Of a DNA stretch of 64,000 nucleotides, positions 37,637 to 50,199 are shown in pieces; position 1 is the first letter of the stretch, and every line of letters starts with the position of its first letter. Source of the stretch: Camelus ferus (lineage: Eukaryota); the NCBI RefSeq assembly GCF_009834535.1, contig NC_045707.1, positions 54,686,001-54,750,000 of the forward strand, read 5' to 3'. Under the pieces are notes generated by a model that worked only from the letters and a program-made list of their open reading frames with translations, was not told the origin of the DNA and ran no database searches. The position numbers and the translations under genes are program-made.

Positions 37637-38245
37637 GTCTCTCTCTCACTCTCTCCTTACTCCATCTCAGTTATAAATATGAAAGGTATTATCTACTTGA
37701 TGAATTCTCCTATGAATCATTGTCCAATCATTGTCTTTAATGATTAACTCTAATTTGGTTTCATCTTTGAGTTGTATCTTTATTAATTTTTAAAATTTAT
37801 GATTATTTTACTGTCCTTTATCTTGATCTTTGGGAGTATAAATAATCACAATTATTTTCAATTTTCCTATTTGATGATAATCAGATTAAAGATATCTGTT
37901 CCTCTGAGTATCACTTTAGCTCTACCTGCAAGCTTTTGATGCACTGAGTTCTCTATGTTATGTATTTATGATAAGGTTGTAATTTCCATTTCAATATTCT
38001 TTTTTAATCTGTCTGAATAGTGTTTTATCATAGGGCTTATCAGTTTCCAGATCTATAAATATTTTCAGGTACTCTTGTAATTATATCTAATTTTATTCCA
38101 TTGTACTCAGATAAAATGATCTGTATTATTCCTGCATTTTGGTATTTCTCATTAATGCCTTTGTGCTCATTTTTTTTTGGCACTACATATGGGTTTGAAA
38201 GCAATGTAAATCTTCGCTCTTGGAGGTTTAAAATTTAATTATAAC

Positions 38246-38749
38246 TGTACCAGGCAGAATAATGACCTATAAAAGATGTCCATGTCCTAATCCCTAGAGC
38301 CTGTGAATATCTTATTTTAAATGATAAAGGGAATTTGCAGACATAATTAAGATTGTGGATCATGAAATGGGAAGATTATTCTCAACTAACTGGGTGGGCA
38401 TAAATATTTGAGTCCTTAAATACAGAGAAACTTTCCCAGCTGTTGTCAGAGAGACAGAGAGATGTGACAACTGAAGAAAAGTTTTAAAGAGATGTGACTT
38501 TGCTGGCTTTGAAGATGGGAGCTATGAACCAAGGTTCCTGAGCAGCCTCTAAGAAGCTACAAAAGTCAAGGTTAACAGATTCTCTCCCAGAGGCTCAAGA
38601 AAGGAAGGAAGCCTCACTTACACTTTGATTTTAGCTCAGTGAGAACCATGTCAAATTTCTGATTTACAGAACTGTAAGACAATATATTTGTATTGTTTAA
38701 ACCACTAAGTTTGTGATGATTTTTATAGCAGTGATAGAAAACTAGTACA
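38246..38749 (+). mobile_element. MLT1D-like MaLR solo LTR, full length
   Basis: TGT...GGCAGAATAATG...AAAGATGTCCATGTCCTAATCCCTAGAGCCTGTGAATAT to ATAGCAGTGATAGAAAACTAGTACA; 5-bp TSD ATAAC/ATATC (4 of 5 match). Confidence 0.92.
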
Positions 38750-38798
38750 ATATCTACTAGATCAAGCTGTTGATTCAGTTATTTACCTCTTATATATA

Positions 38799-40752
38799 TT
38801 TTTTTTCCATTGAATTATACTTGATCTACAATGTTGTGTTAGTTCCAGGTATACAGAAAAGTGACTCATTTATACATATATATATCTATATAGTCTTTTT
38901 CTATTATAGGTTATTTTTCCACTTTAAGTTCTTCCAAGATACTGAATAGAGTTTTCTGTGCTATATAGTAGGTCCTTGATGTTTATTTTATATATAGTAG
39001 TGCATATCTGTTAATCCTAAACTCCTAATTCATCCCTTCCCTACCCACTTTCACCTTCAGTAACCATGTTTGTTTTCTTCGTGAGTCTGTTTCTGTTTTG
39101 TACATATGTTCATTTGTATCATTTTCTGACTCCAATATAAGTGATATCATATAATGTTTGTCTTCTTCTGTCTAACTTACTTCATTTAGTATGATAATTT
39201 CTAGGTCCATCCATGTTGGTGCAAATGGCATTATTTCATTACTTTTTATGGCTGAGTAGTATTCCACTGCATATATATACCACATCTTCTTTAGCCATTC
39301 ATTCATCGATGGACATTTAGGTTGCTTCCATGTCTTGGCTATTGTGAGTAGTGCTGCTATAAACACTGGGGTGCATGTAACTTTTTGTATTAAGGTTTTT
39401 GTATTTTCTGGATGTATGCCCAAGAATGGGATTGCTGGATCAAATGGTAGCTCTATTTTTAGTTTTTTAAAGGAACTTCCAGACTGTTTTCTATAGTGAC
39501 TGCACCAATTTACATTCCTACCAACAGTGTAGGAAGGTTCCCTTTTTCCCACACCCTCTCCAGCATTTATCATTTGTAGACTTTTTGATGATGGCCATTC
39601 TGACTGGTGTGAGGTGATACCTCATTATAATTTTGATTTGCATTTCTCTAGTAATTAGCAATGTGGAGCACCTCTTCATGTACCTGTTGGCCATCTGTAT
39701 GTCTATTTAGGTCTTCTGACCATTTTTCTGATTAGGCTTTTTTTTTGTTTGTTTGGGTTTTTTTTGATATTGAGCTGAATGAGCTTTTTATATATTTCGG
39801 AAATTTAAGCCCCTGTTGGTTGCATCATTTACAAATACTGTCTTCTAATCTGTTGGTCATCTTTTTGTTTTGTTTATGGTTTTCTTTGCTGTGCAAAAGC
39901 TTATAAATTTGCTTAGGTCCCATTTATTTATTTTTGCTTTTATTTCTTTTCCCTTGGGAGATGTACCAAAAAAAAAATTGCTATGACTTATGTCAAAGAG
40001 TATTTTGCCTATTTCCTCTTCTAGGAATTTTATGGTGTCATGTTTTATATATGTCTTTAAGCCATCTTGAGTTTATTTTTGTGTATGGTGTGAGGGAGTG
40101 TTCCAACTTCACTGATTTACATGAAGCTGTCTAGCTTTCCCAACACCACCTGGTGAAGAGACTGTCTTTTCTCCATTGTATATTCTTGCCTCCTTTGTTG
40201 AAGGTTAATTGACAGCAGCTGGGTAGGTTTATTTCTGGGCTCTCTATTCTGTTTCACTAATCCATATGTCTGTTTTTGTTCTAATACCATTCTGTTTTGA
40301 TTACTGTAGCTTGTAGATTTGTCTGAAATCTGGGAGGTTTATGCCTCCAGCTTATACCCACTTTGGTGAGAGTTTTTATCATGAATGAATGCTGAATTTT
40401 ACCAAATGCTTTTTATGCATGTATTGAGATGAGCATGTGGTTTTTGCCCTTTTTTTGTTGATCTGGTGTATCACATTGATTGACTTGTGTATGTTCAACC
40501 ATCCTTGTAACCCTGGGATGAATCCAACTGATTATAGTGTATGATCCTTCCTATGTGTTGTTGGATTTGGTTTGCTAATATTTTGTTGAGGATTTTAAAA
40601 TCTATATTCTTCAAGAATATATAGACCTATAATTTTCTTTTTTGGTAGTATCTTTGTCTTGTTTTGGTATCAGGGTGATGGTGGCTTCATAAAATGACTT
40701 TGGAAATGTTCCTTCCTCTTCAATCTTTTGGAAGACTTTGAGAAGGATCAGT
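38799..40752 (-). mobile_element. 5'-truncated young L1 (3' part of ORF2 plus 3' UTR) with internal deletions
   Basis: ORF 39172-39573 is the ORF2 C-terminus (KKLKIELPFDPAIPFLGIHP...CTPVFIAALLTIAKTWKQPKCPS...WMDLEIIILNEVS); TATATTTTTT flanks both ends (38795 and 40752) as a probable TSD. Confidence 0.96.
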
Positions 40753-41497
40753 ATATTTTTTCTTTTATTATTTTCACCCTGACTTACTAATTTCTAAGCT
40801 GATTTGATAAACTGTTGGGTTTTGTCACATTTTTCTTTTATTTTCATCACTTTTTCCTTTATATTTAGAGCAAAGCTACACTGTTAATTAAGTAACACTT
40901 TAGAGGTGATATATTTTAACATCTCCCAGAATAAAAAAACAAGTATTTTAAAAATGAAGACTGTCTTTTATTTTTAACACTATTATATTAATATTAATAT
41001 AATGCCTATGTTAATAATCATGTATATGCAAGAAGACAAACTAAAGTATGTCTTACATTCTCCTTTCAAATTTGTGGTTAGTTCAGGAAGTCTTGCCATA
41101 CTTATGAAGTAACCAAAAATTGCCAAAAGAGGTCTTGTTAAAATGATGAAAGTATTGGATACTGATTATTAAAGAAAAGTTTCAATAATTGGTTTTACTG
41201 AGCCTACAGAAAAGAAGACAGAGAAACTTTAATAAAAGTCTTCAAATACGAAGTGATGCAAAACAAGGAATGAATCATCCCTTTTGTCAAAGAAAAGGTA
41301 AATATATATTACAGCAGAGCTTAATTATCCCAGACAGAAAAAAAAATTCTAACTTTGGAATTTTAAGGATTCCAGATGCATTTGACACTTATTCTACTGA
41401 GATATTAAAAAATTAACCTGAAGATCTGGTTGTCTGCAAATCTGCTTATAAGATCCTTTCTTTAGAACAGAGTCTAGCTTTCTATCCATCTTGCTAC

Positions 41498-42022
41498 TGT
41501 CAGTGCCTTTCAGCAGAAAACCACTAGGAACACAACTGTAGTTAAATCAATTTGAGTTTATCACTAGTTGCAGCGGGATATAGGAACCATGGTGCATCTC
41601 ACTAAAAGGGTGTTAAGAAAGAACTTGGAAAACTTGAACATCAATCGAATAATTTGGTGAAAGAAGTGGAGGAAGTTTGCTCTTGATTGGGTATCATGAG
41701 AAAGCAGGGACAATTCTGCGATTAGGCGTATCAATAAATCTTACCTCTAGGGAGCAGACTAGAGTGAGGATGAAATATAACAGGTAAAAAAGTAGCAATC
41801 ACTCACAGAGTAAGAGAGAGGGAGATGTTTGATATTTTGTGGGTTGCTCAGTGACTTAGTCTAAAGTGGATATTTTATAAGATTATGTCCAAGGAGAGCA
41901 CAACATGACTTAGCTTTCAGCAGTATCATCAGATAAATGTGTAATAACATGAAGGCTTAGTTGTGAGCATGATGTTTGTTGCCCAAAGTTCAATGTCTGG
42001 GGATGCTTTTTGCCCCCTCACA
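41498..42022 (-). mobile_element. MER76-like ERVL solo LTR
   Basis: TGTCAGTGCCTTTCAGCAGAAAACCACTAGGAACACAACTGTAGTTAAA...CAATAAATCTTACCTCTAGGGAGCAGACTAGAGTGAGG resembles antisense MER76; CTAC on both flanks. Confidence 0.85.
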
Positions 42023-43346
42023 CTACATATTCAGCACTAAATAGCATTAAAAAAGAGGGAAGATGTTATTTCAGTGGTCTTAACAAGAACTTTTTAGAAA
42101 GAACAGTGCGATATTGGGTAGTTTTGTACATTTTAAAGAAGACTTTATAATTACTGAATTTTTCATTAGCTAAAATATTGAGCAACATTTTTTTCTGAAG
42201 ATAAAAGATTTCTCCATTTGAAATTTAGAAAAATATAATTTTTCTTGCTTTATATGAACTGTGTGGTTACATGAAAATTGCTTTTCAATAGTTCTTCAGT
42301 ATTACATACTATTTCATAAGTACCTGGGGAATTTACTCTGAAGACTGATCAGGAAACTAGACCAACTTCCTTAAATTGATTTGTTGGTGTATTATACTGC
42401 ATGAGGAGGATTTATAGTTCGACGTAACAAAGCAAAAAAAAAAAAAAAAGGTAAAGATTCATTGGAATCAAATAAGAGCAAAAAAGTTAGTAGTTGAGCA
42501 CATTTCTTAAGAAAATTATCATCAACTCTGACTTTGGGGAACCATTATGAAATCTATAAGGAGCATCAAAAGGATTTGATGGTAAAAACAACTCATCTTT
42601 GATTTCACAACATGGAGAATAGTTATAAAAAGTCTCATTCCTTCAATCTGTATTAGGACAATGTGGGGTAAAAAGTTTTGCTTTGCTGGCAAAAAGTAAA
42701 GCCAAAGTAATTCAATTTTATTACCTTGTGATATATTTTATGTGTGCTTTTACTTAAGCAATGCTTCAGAAACTTTGATTCTATGAGGCAAGTGAGTTCA
42801 GCCATTTTTAATACAGCAATCAGGTTGGGCTTTTTTTTTTTTTTTTCTTTTTTTGAGACTGGAATTACAATCTTAATTTACAACAAAGATTTATTTATTT
42901 ATTATTTAAATTTTTAAAATGCCACCTGCAGCAGGGCTAAATTAAGTGGAGTTACACCCAAATCTGCCTACTTCTACCTCACAGAAATAACATCTCTCTT
43001 CAAATCTGCATATTTACATTAAATAGCCCTGACATTTCAGGTTAATGAGAAATTACTCTTTCAATAAATTTTTTGAACTTCTGAATCTCAGATAAATTTC
43101 ATTTTAGACAAAATTGTTATTTTCATGTCATGTGGGATTAGTGCCACTTAAACTGACTGAATCCATTTATAGGATTTTGGCAATTTTTCTTCAAAACTAA
43201 AAATTTAAAAAATACACTATAGTATTTAAACCAAAGAATTCATGATTCACATGGAATAATCTGATTCCCACTTTAGCAATACCAAACATAAAAATTTATT
43301 TTTATTATTCAAATATGCATCATAAAAAAGAAATATACCAATTTTC

Positions 43347-44792
43347 AGACATATGGATCAATGTAACAGAATAGAAAGCTCATAAATAAATCCACACACT
43401 TATGGTCAATTAATCTTCCACAAGGAAGGCAAGAATATACAGTGGAGAAAAGACAATCTCTTTAGCAAGTGGTGGTGGGAAAACTGGACAGCTTCATGTA
43501 AATCAATTAAGTTAGAACACTCCTTCACACCGTACATAAAAATAAACTCAAGATGGCTTAAAAAATTAAATATAAAACATGACACCATAATTCTACTAGA
43601 AGAGAACATAGTCAAAAATTTCTCTGGTATAAATTGTAACAATGTTTTCCTAGGTCAGTCTCCCAAGGCAAAATAAAATAAATAAAAGCAAAAATAAGTA
43701 AATAGGAATAGGACCTAATTAAACTCATAAGCTTTTGCACAACAAAGGAAACCATAAACAAAACAAAAAGACAACCAACAGAATGGGAGAAAATATTTGT
43801 AAATGATGTGACTGAACAAGGGCTTAATTTCCAGAATATACAAACAGCTCATACAACTCAATAACAAAAAAACAAACAATGCAATCAGAAATGGGCAGAA
43901 GACCTAAATCGGCATTTCTCCAATGAAGACATCCAGATGGCCAATAGGCACATGAAAAAATGTTCAACATCACTAATTATCAGAGAAATGCAAATCAAAA
44001 CTATGAGGTACTACCTCACAGCAGTTAGAATGGCCATCGTTAAAAAGGCCACAAACAATAAATGCTAGAGAGGGTGTGGAGAAAAGGGAATCCTCCTACA
44101 CTGTTGGTAGGAATGTAATTTGGTGCAGCCACTGTGGAAACTGTCTGGAGGTTCCTTAAATAACTGAAAATAGAGTTGCCATATGATCCAGCAATCACAT
44201 TCCTGGGCATATATCTGGAGAAAACTATAATTCAAAAAGATACACGTACCATAATGTTAATAGCAGCACTATTTACAATAGCCAAGACATGGAAGCAACC
44301 TAAGTATCCATAGACAGGAGAAAGATGTGGTACATATATGCAATGGAATATTAGTCATACAAAGAATGAAATAATGCCATTTGCACTGACATGGATGGAT
44401 CTAGAAATTATCATACTAAATGAAGTAAGTCAGACAGAGGAATACAAACATTACATAATATAACTTATATTGGAATCAAAAACGATACAAGTGAACTTAT
44501 TTACAAAACAAAAGGAGACTCACAGACAGAAAACAAACTTATGGTTAACAAAGGGGAAAAGATAGGGGGAAGGATAAATTTGGAGTCTGGGTTAGCTCAT
44601 ACACACTACTATATATTAAATAGATAAATAACAAGGACCTACTGTACAGCACAGGGAACAATATTCAATATCTTGCAATAACCTATAATAAAAAATATGA
44701 AAAAGAATATATATGTATATAACTAAATCATTATGCTATACACCAGAAGCTAACACAATATTGTAAATCAAATATACTTCAATAAAAAAAAA
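43347..44792 (+). mobile_element. 5'-truncated young L1 (3' part of ORF2, 3' UTR, poly(A))
   Basis: CAGACATATGGATCAATGTAACAGAATAGA...GAAATGCAAATCAAAAC...GCCAAGACATGGAAGCAACCTAAG...CTTCAATAAAAAAAAA; reading frame broken. Confidence 0.96.
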
Positions 44793-45064
44793 GAAGCATC
44801 ACTGGAAAATATGGAAACCTATGAAGTGTAAATTATATGACTAAAATTATTTTGAACTGCTCAATGTTTTAGGATTGTGTAATGGAAAAATGTTTCCATT
44901 ATATAAAAATTCCAAGCTGTATATAACATTCCATGTAGCTGAATATTTGGATATTTTATTAATCTCAAAAATAAGTAGAAATTAGATTTTTAAACAGTGC
45001 CTTAGAGAAATTTTTAGTAATTTTCTATCAAAATAACAATTGCTATCATTTTCATGAGCAAAAA

Positions 45065-45205
45065 CAATTTTTCTCACTTGTTAAATTAGGGATATTAGTA
45101 ACAGTCCTATTGAGTTATTATGATATTCAATTACATAATTCATGGAAAGTGCTGAAAACTATACCTGTACATTTTAACTATTCAATAAGTGTTAATGCTT
45201 ATTCT
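45065..45205 (+). mobile_element. MIR SINE 3' half
   Basis: TTTCTCACTTGTTAAATTAGGGATATTAGTAACAG...AAAGTGCTGAAAAC...TTCAATAAGTGTTA. Confidence 0.7.
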
Positions 45206-47110
45206 TGTTGTTGTTCATGGGAAACTTTTATTACAGCACTATAAAAATAGTTAATATGAGTCGAGGCATTCTATGACATATTTAGCAATAATTTTTAAAG
45301 TTTACATCCTCCAATGCTGAAGTGTTAGCCCAAAAACGCATTTTAAAATGTTTGCCTTTACTTTTATTTTTGGATATGGGAAAGTTTCACAAAATGTGTC
45401 CTTTAGCCACTAATATTCACTAACCATATTCCAGATAGAATATTTGTAGTGTTCTCTGGTGTAACCAGATTTATGCTTTTTATTTTTGGTCATATTGCTT
45501 TGTGAAGATCATTTATTGAAATAACCAAGAAGTTTGTTTGTTTATAAAGTTATAGTTCATCTAAATACATTTTAGAAAATGAGTGCATTATTTCCTATGA
45601 GTATTTGACAGGAATGCACACCCCTACTTTAGCCATCTCTTTTAGGAATGAGAAGAACAGAATCTAAGTAAAAAGTTTATTTTATAATGAAAAATGGCTG
45701 TTTCTGTTGAAGTGAATAAAATTTTTAATTATGCACCTCAGAATCAAGAATTATAAAATGTCTGCATTGGCTTTCTACATTTGTTTGCAACCTCTCTGTC
45801 TTAATAGGTGTCAGCCACGTTGAGACTTTACTTTCCTCATAGGAATCCTTTCTCCAGAAAAGGTTTCTGCTCATCTTAATATTTCTGAATTAGGCTTTAT
45901 GTTATTAGATTACTTAATTCAGGTAAGGATCACCCTGCTGATTAGCCATCCAAAGCAAAATGTGAGGAGACATCACTGTCAGAAAATCAGTTATGTCAGA
46001 TACATTGACTGGAATTCACTCGGAATCTACGTAAGTGTGGACCAGGCAACAATACAAGTAAGTGTAGAAAAGACTATCTCCCTTTAAGACTGAAATGTAG
46101 TAAGATGCACAAGATGTTTCCCAAAGTAAATAAGAAGTTCAAATTCTAACCTGTTCATGAGACAGAAATGAGTAGGGAATAGAAGTGCTTGATGTACATT
46201 CGTAGAACTTAAATATTTTGGTGTAAATATTTTATATATTTGTTCATATCCCAGAAAAGGAGGGACTGATTTGTTAGGTTTCATTTTATTTGGGTAGATA
46301 GTGAATGTTCAGTTAGAGAGGGTGCTCTGACCTTCAAAATGTCATTATGAGTTGTCAAGGAAATTCTAATAGCTTTTAATGCACACATACTTCCTGTGGA
46401 AGATAAGATAATGAAGATCTGTTAAGGACAAAACTTCTACTTATCTGATCATGTGAAGGGTGATTTAAGTCAATGTGAATAACTTACCAATGTATGGTAG
46501 TCTGCTCTATTACTTGCATTGTTCATTGCATTGTTGTATTCCGTCACTAGTCCAATGTTCTATCTAGTTTAAACTCACATCTAACTAGAAGATTTTGCAT
46601 TCCCTCTCAAAAATCATCAAATATCCTCATATGGAATATGAAATTAGCTTGATTGGGAATTGTTTTGTGTGATTTCTGTGGCTTTGAAATACTACATAAT
46701 TATGGCTGCATGAGTCGTTCTTCCTGAAATCTGTTATTTTTCACAGTTGATTTATCTTAAAAACATTAACTATTTCTGTGAAATGTATGCATCGGCTATA
46801 GTTAGCACTAAATTGACAATGGAACAGATGTTATGTCGTTTATATACTTTTGAATTGTTCTCTACAGTGGGGGTGGGTAAGGGAGACTGAAGGTACTTAA
46901 GTGAAAAGGGAGAGAGAGAAGGAGAAAGCCTCATGAAAGGAAGGAATAACTAAGATACCGTATAAAAGTTTTGTCCTTAGTCCTTTATTTTCATTTCTCC
47001 CTAGCTCCCAAAGTAGCTGTCTTTAAATTATGTTCTTATACCCTACTCCCACCGTTTTTTCTGCCTTGAGAGGAAAAGCTAGGTTGGGTGGATATAGATA
47101 TAGATCACTT

Positions 47111-47112
<2 letters not shown>

Positions 47113-47162
<50 letters not shown>
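47113..47162 (+). repeat. Compound microsatellite (TC)15(TA)10
   Basis: Perfect adjacent runs at 47113-47142 and 47143-47162. Confidence 0.97.
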
Positions 47163-49504
47163 AATTCCTTGTTGATATGCCAAAAGGATGCTCTCAGCGT
47201 GGGTCCAGGTATATCTGTGCATATTCCTGAATATTAGAAGTTATAAATTCATACCCTATACAGGTTTGTTGTTTTTGTTTTGCTTTGTTTCTTTTGCTTG
47301 TAATTTAGCTGATTATGTTATAAAAAATTGCTTTGCTTCTGTTTTCCAATATTTTGGAGAATCATGTACACATTGCCTTCTCCCAAAGGTGTATGGTTTA
47401 CTCCCAAAGATGTATTACTTCAGATTTCATTTTATACCATTTTACTATATATCATTTAACAGTGGATAGGAAACTATACATAGAAATAAGTAAGTTCCAT
47501 TGTCCCAAGATTAGGATAGATGGGCTATTATAAGTTCCATTAAAAAAAACAAAAACAAAAACAAAACAACACTGTCCTTGGGGAATTAGGAAAAAAAATG
47601 ACCTTAGTAAATTATAACTTTCTATGATTATTATCCCTTTTATTTACTTGCTGCCTTTATTTACATTTCTTTGAACAACGAACTTAAAATCAGGCTTCAA
47701 TCTTTTTATCATGTGTCATTCCTATTTCCTCAAATCCCAGTAATCATTGGTCAGAAAGTATACTTAAGAGTGAAAATTTAGCATTTAATCTAATTCTGCT
47801 GGCTTGAACCACCTCTTGCTTTTGTGAAATGCTTCCATGGAAGAGAGACTTCAGGAATGTGCCAGTTGTTTTGTCCAATGCTGACATGCTGCCAATATGT
47901 AGAAGACGGAAATCTATTTTGTGAATATAATTGATCTTGAATAGGGTCAAACTGTTTATTTAATTCAAATATGAAGCTAAATTAACTTGTTAATGCGCTC
48001 ACAGGGCATAAACAAACATCTCAAATGTACTGTTTATGTTCATAAGTTGATGTGTTAATAAATTTTCCTCAGCAAGCTTTCATCATATAAATCCCTTTGG
48101 GCTTATTATCTAAAATTCCTAATCTGTTAGAAACTATTTGGGGGGTGGGGCTTACACAAGGTTAGAATTATTTGTTCCTCAGTAGTATCCTTTGTGTGTT
48201 GGCATTTTTCCTCCAAAGTAAAAAGCATTTTAGCTGAAAATGTGCTTAAATATATCTTTCAAATCTTTAAGCAAATCTAGGACAAGGACTTAAAACAAAA
48301 TTAGACTGAGTACATTTGAGGATATAAGCAAAATAAAAGGCTGGCTAATTTAGTGCAAAGTACACACAAATCAACGCTATAAAGACTTGTTCCATTAAGT
48401 AAAAATGTAATTCTATAGAAATATTTTGATTTTTTGTGAAAAAAATAGATAAATAAAACTGAGCTAGAAAATAACTAATAGTCACATTCAATTACTGTCT
48501 TCATAAATTTACACATTAAAAACACCCTTGTAGCTTCACACTTAATATTTGAATTCTTTTATTAGTACTCAACATCTCTTTATATGAGAGGAAACCTATT
48601 GCATTTTCACTGAAATTTCCATAGCAGTTAATATGTTTTTTCCCAAGTCAATGTCTCTCACAGTACAGTCAAATTTATGGTTAGAGAATTATTTATTCAC
48701 TGTGATAGTTGGGCTGAATAGAGAAGAAGGCAGAGTTTAAAGCACTGAAATTGATCAGTTGTTCAGTGTAATGCAGGAAAAGATCATGAAAATCAGAATG
48801 TCTAATAAGAAAAATAAAACCTGTATACAAAAGAAATCTCTTGGGAACTTCAAGAACAAACATGGAAAAGTTTAATATTTTACTAACCAATATTGACTTT
48901 GTCCTGTTGTTTCTTCCTCTTCCTATCAATTGGTGGATTCCCTTAATGATATCTTAGTCTGATTTCATAGTTGGTACTCACGTTTGGTTATATTAACTGT
49001 CTGCTATTATCCTATTCCTAGGTTGGGAAGGAGGAAGGAGCACAGCCTCACTGATTTCCTCTGTCTCTTCTAGTCTGTACCTATTGACAAAGTTTCTTTA
49101 GCCATTAAGTATAAGTGGACAGAAACGTACTCTGCTTTCTTTTAATTTTTCATGTTAAATCTATAAAACACTTTACCCTCTCTAATGTCCAGAGGTAGAA
49201 GAGGCATACTAGACCAAGAAGCAGGACTTTTACAAGCCTAGCCTTGGAGAATTTAGTAACTTTGGTCTCAGCAGGGTACTCACTGCTTCCACCATATCCT
49301 GCATTCTCTGGCAGACTCTGAAGACAAGACCATATGTCAGTCAGTACCTGATACAAGCTGTACCTCATAAAACCATTATACCTAGGGGAATATTATAGTG
49401 AAAGGAAATGGTTGTTAATAAGCGTAAAACTATATTGCAGCCAAATAAAGACAATGCATTTGGAAGTACTTTGACAGAGTCACTAAGTCAGAAAACATAG
49501 ATTC

Positions 49505-49720
49505 AAAGGCATTCATTCACTCATTCATTCATCTAATCATATATTCATGTGTTCATTCAACAAATACTTTTTGAACTCCTGCCATATGGAAGGCACAGTG
49601 ATGGCAGTATGGAATTTCCAACAAATAGCTCTTTTTCCAACAAGCACAGGTTCAGAAATGGACAATGTTAGTATCTCAGTATAAACTGTTGTATAAAAAA
49701 GAGAACAGAATAGAAAAACC
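49505..49720 (-). mobile_element. L2 3' end fragment
   Basis: ATTCATTCACTCATTCATTC...TTCATTCAACAAATACTTTTTGAACTCCTGCCATATG. Confidence 0.7.
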
Positions 49721-50199
49721 ACTCACTATATAAGATAGCTTATAAAAAGATCATTTATCCTGTTACTGAATAATAATGGCTTGGAAACATAAACTTGTAA
49801 TCACTCTTTTTGAAAGGACTTCCTAGAATATATTACACAAAACATATACACATGTCCTTGAAAGCAAAGTTCAAACAAACATAGATATTAAGAAATAATC
49901 CTATAATTGTGTTTTATAGTAGCTTATGAAACATTTAAGGAAGTTGGGAATGAGTTATATATTAGACATAATTAAGTAATATTCTAATATAATCTGCCAT
50001 TATAGATTTGTGATAAAAAGAATTACTTTAATTTTAGGAATTTGAATTTTAAAAATGAAAATACTATATTAAATAAACTTACTAAACATTGCATATATTC
50101 TACATATTTTCACAGATAAACAACAAAATAAAAGGTCCAATTTATAAGGTGGTACATACTATTGCCTCTATAATATTTTAGTGACTCCTATTTATCATA

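Larger units (their letters stand above)
37700..40950 (-). mobile_element. Ancient L1 ORF2 (endonuclease-region) remnant hosting MLT1D and a young L1
   Basis: TTCCTCTGAGTATCACTTTAGCT and TCTAATTTTATTCCATTGTACTCAGATAAAATGATCTG; similar sequence appears at 38750-38795 and resumes after 40760. Confidence 0.6.

Noticed and set aside
42759..42797. 33-nt + strand micro-exon (QCFRNFDSMRQ) and similar isolated AG...GT pairs (e.g. about 58670-58713 on the - strand, donor at about 6103)
   Set aside because: Weak acceptors or isolated donors; indistinguishable from background pseudo-exons.
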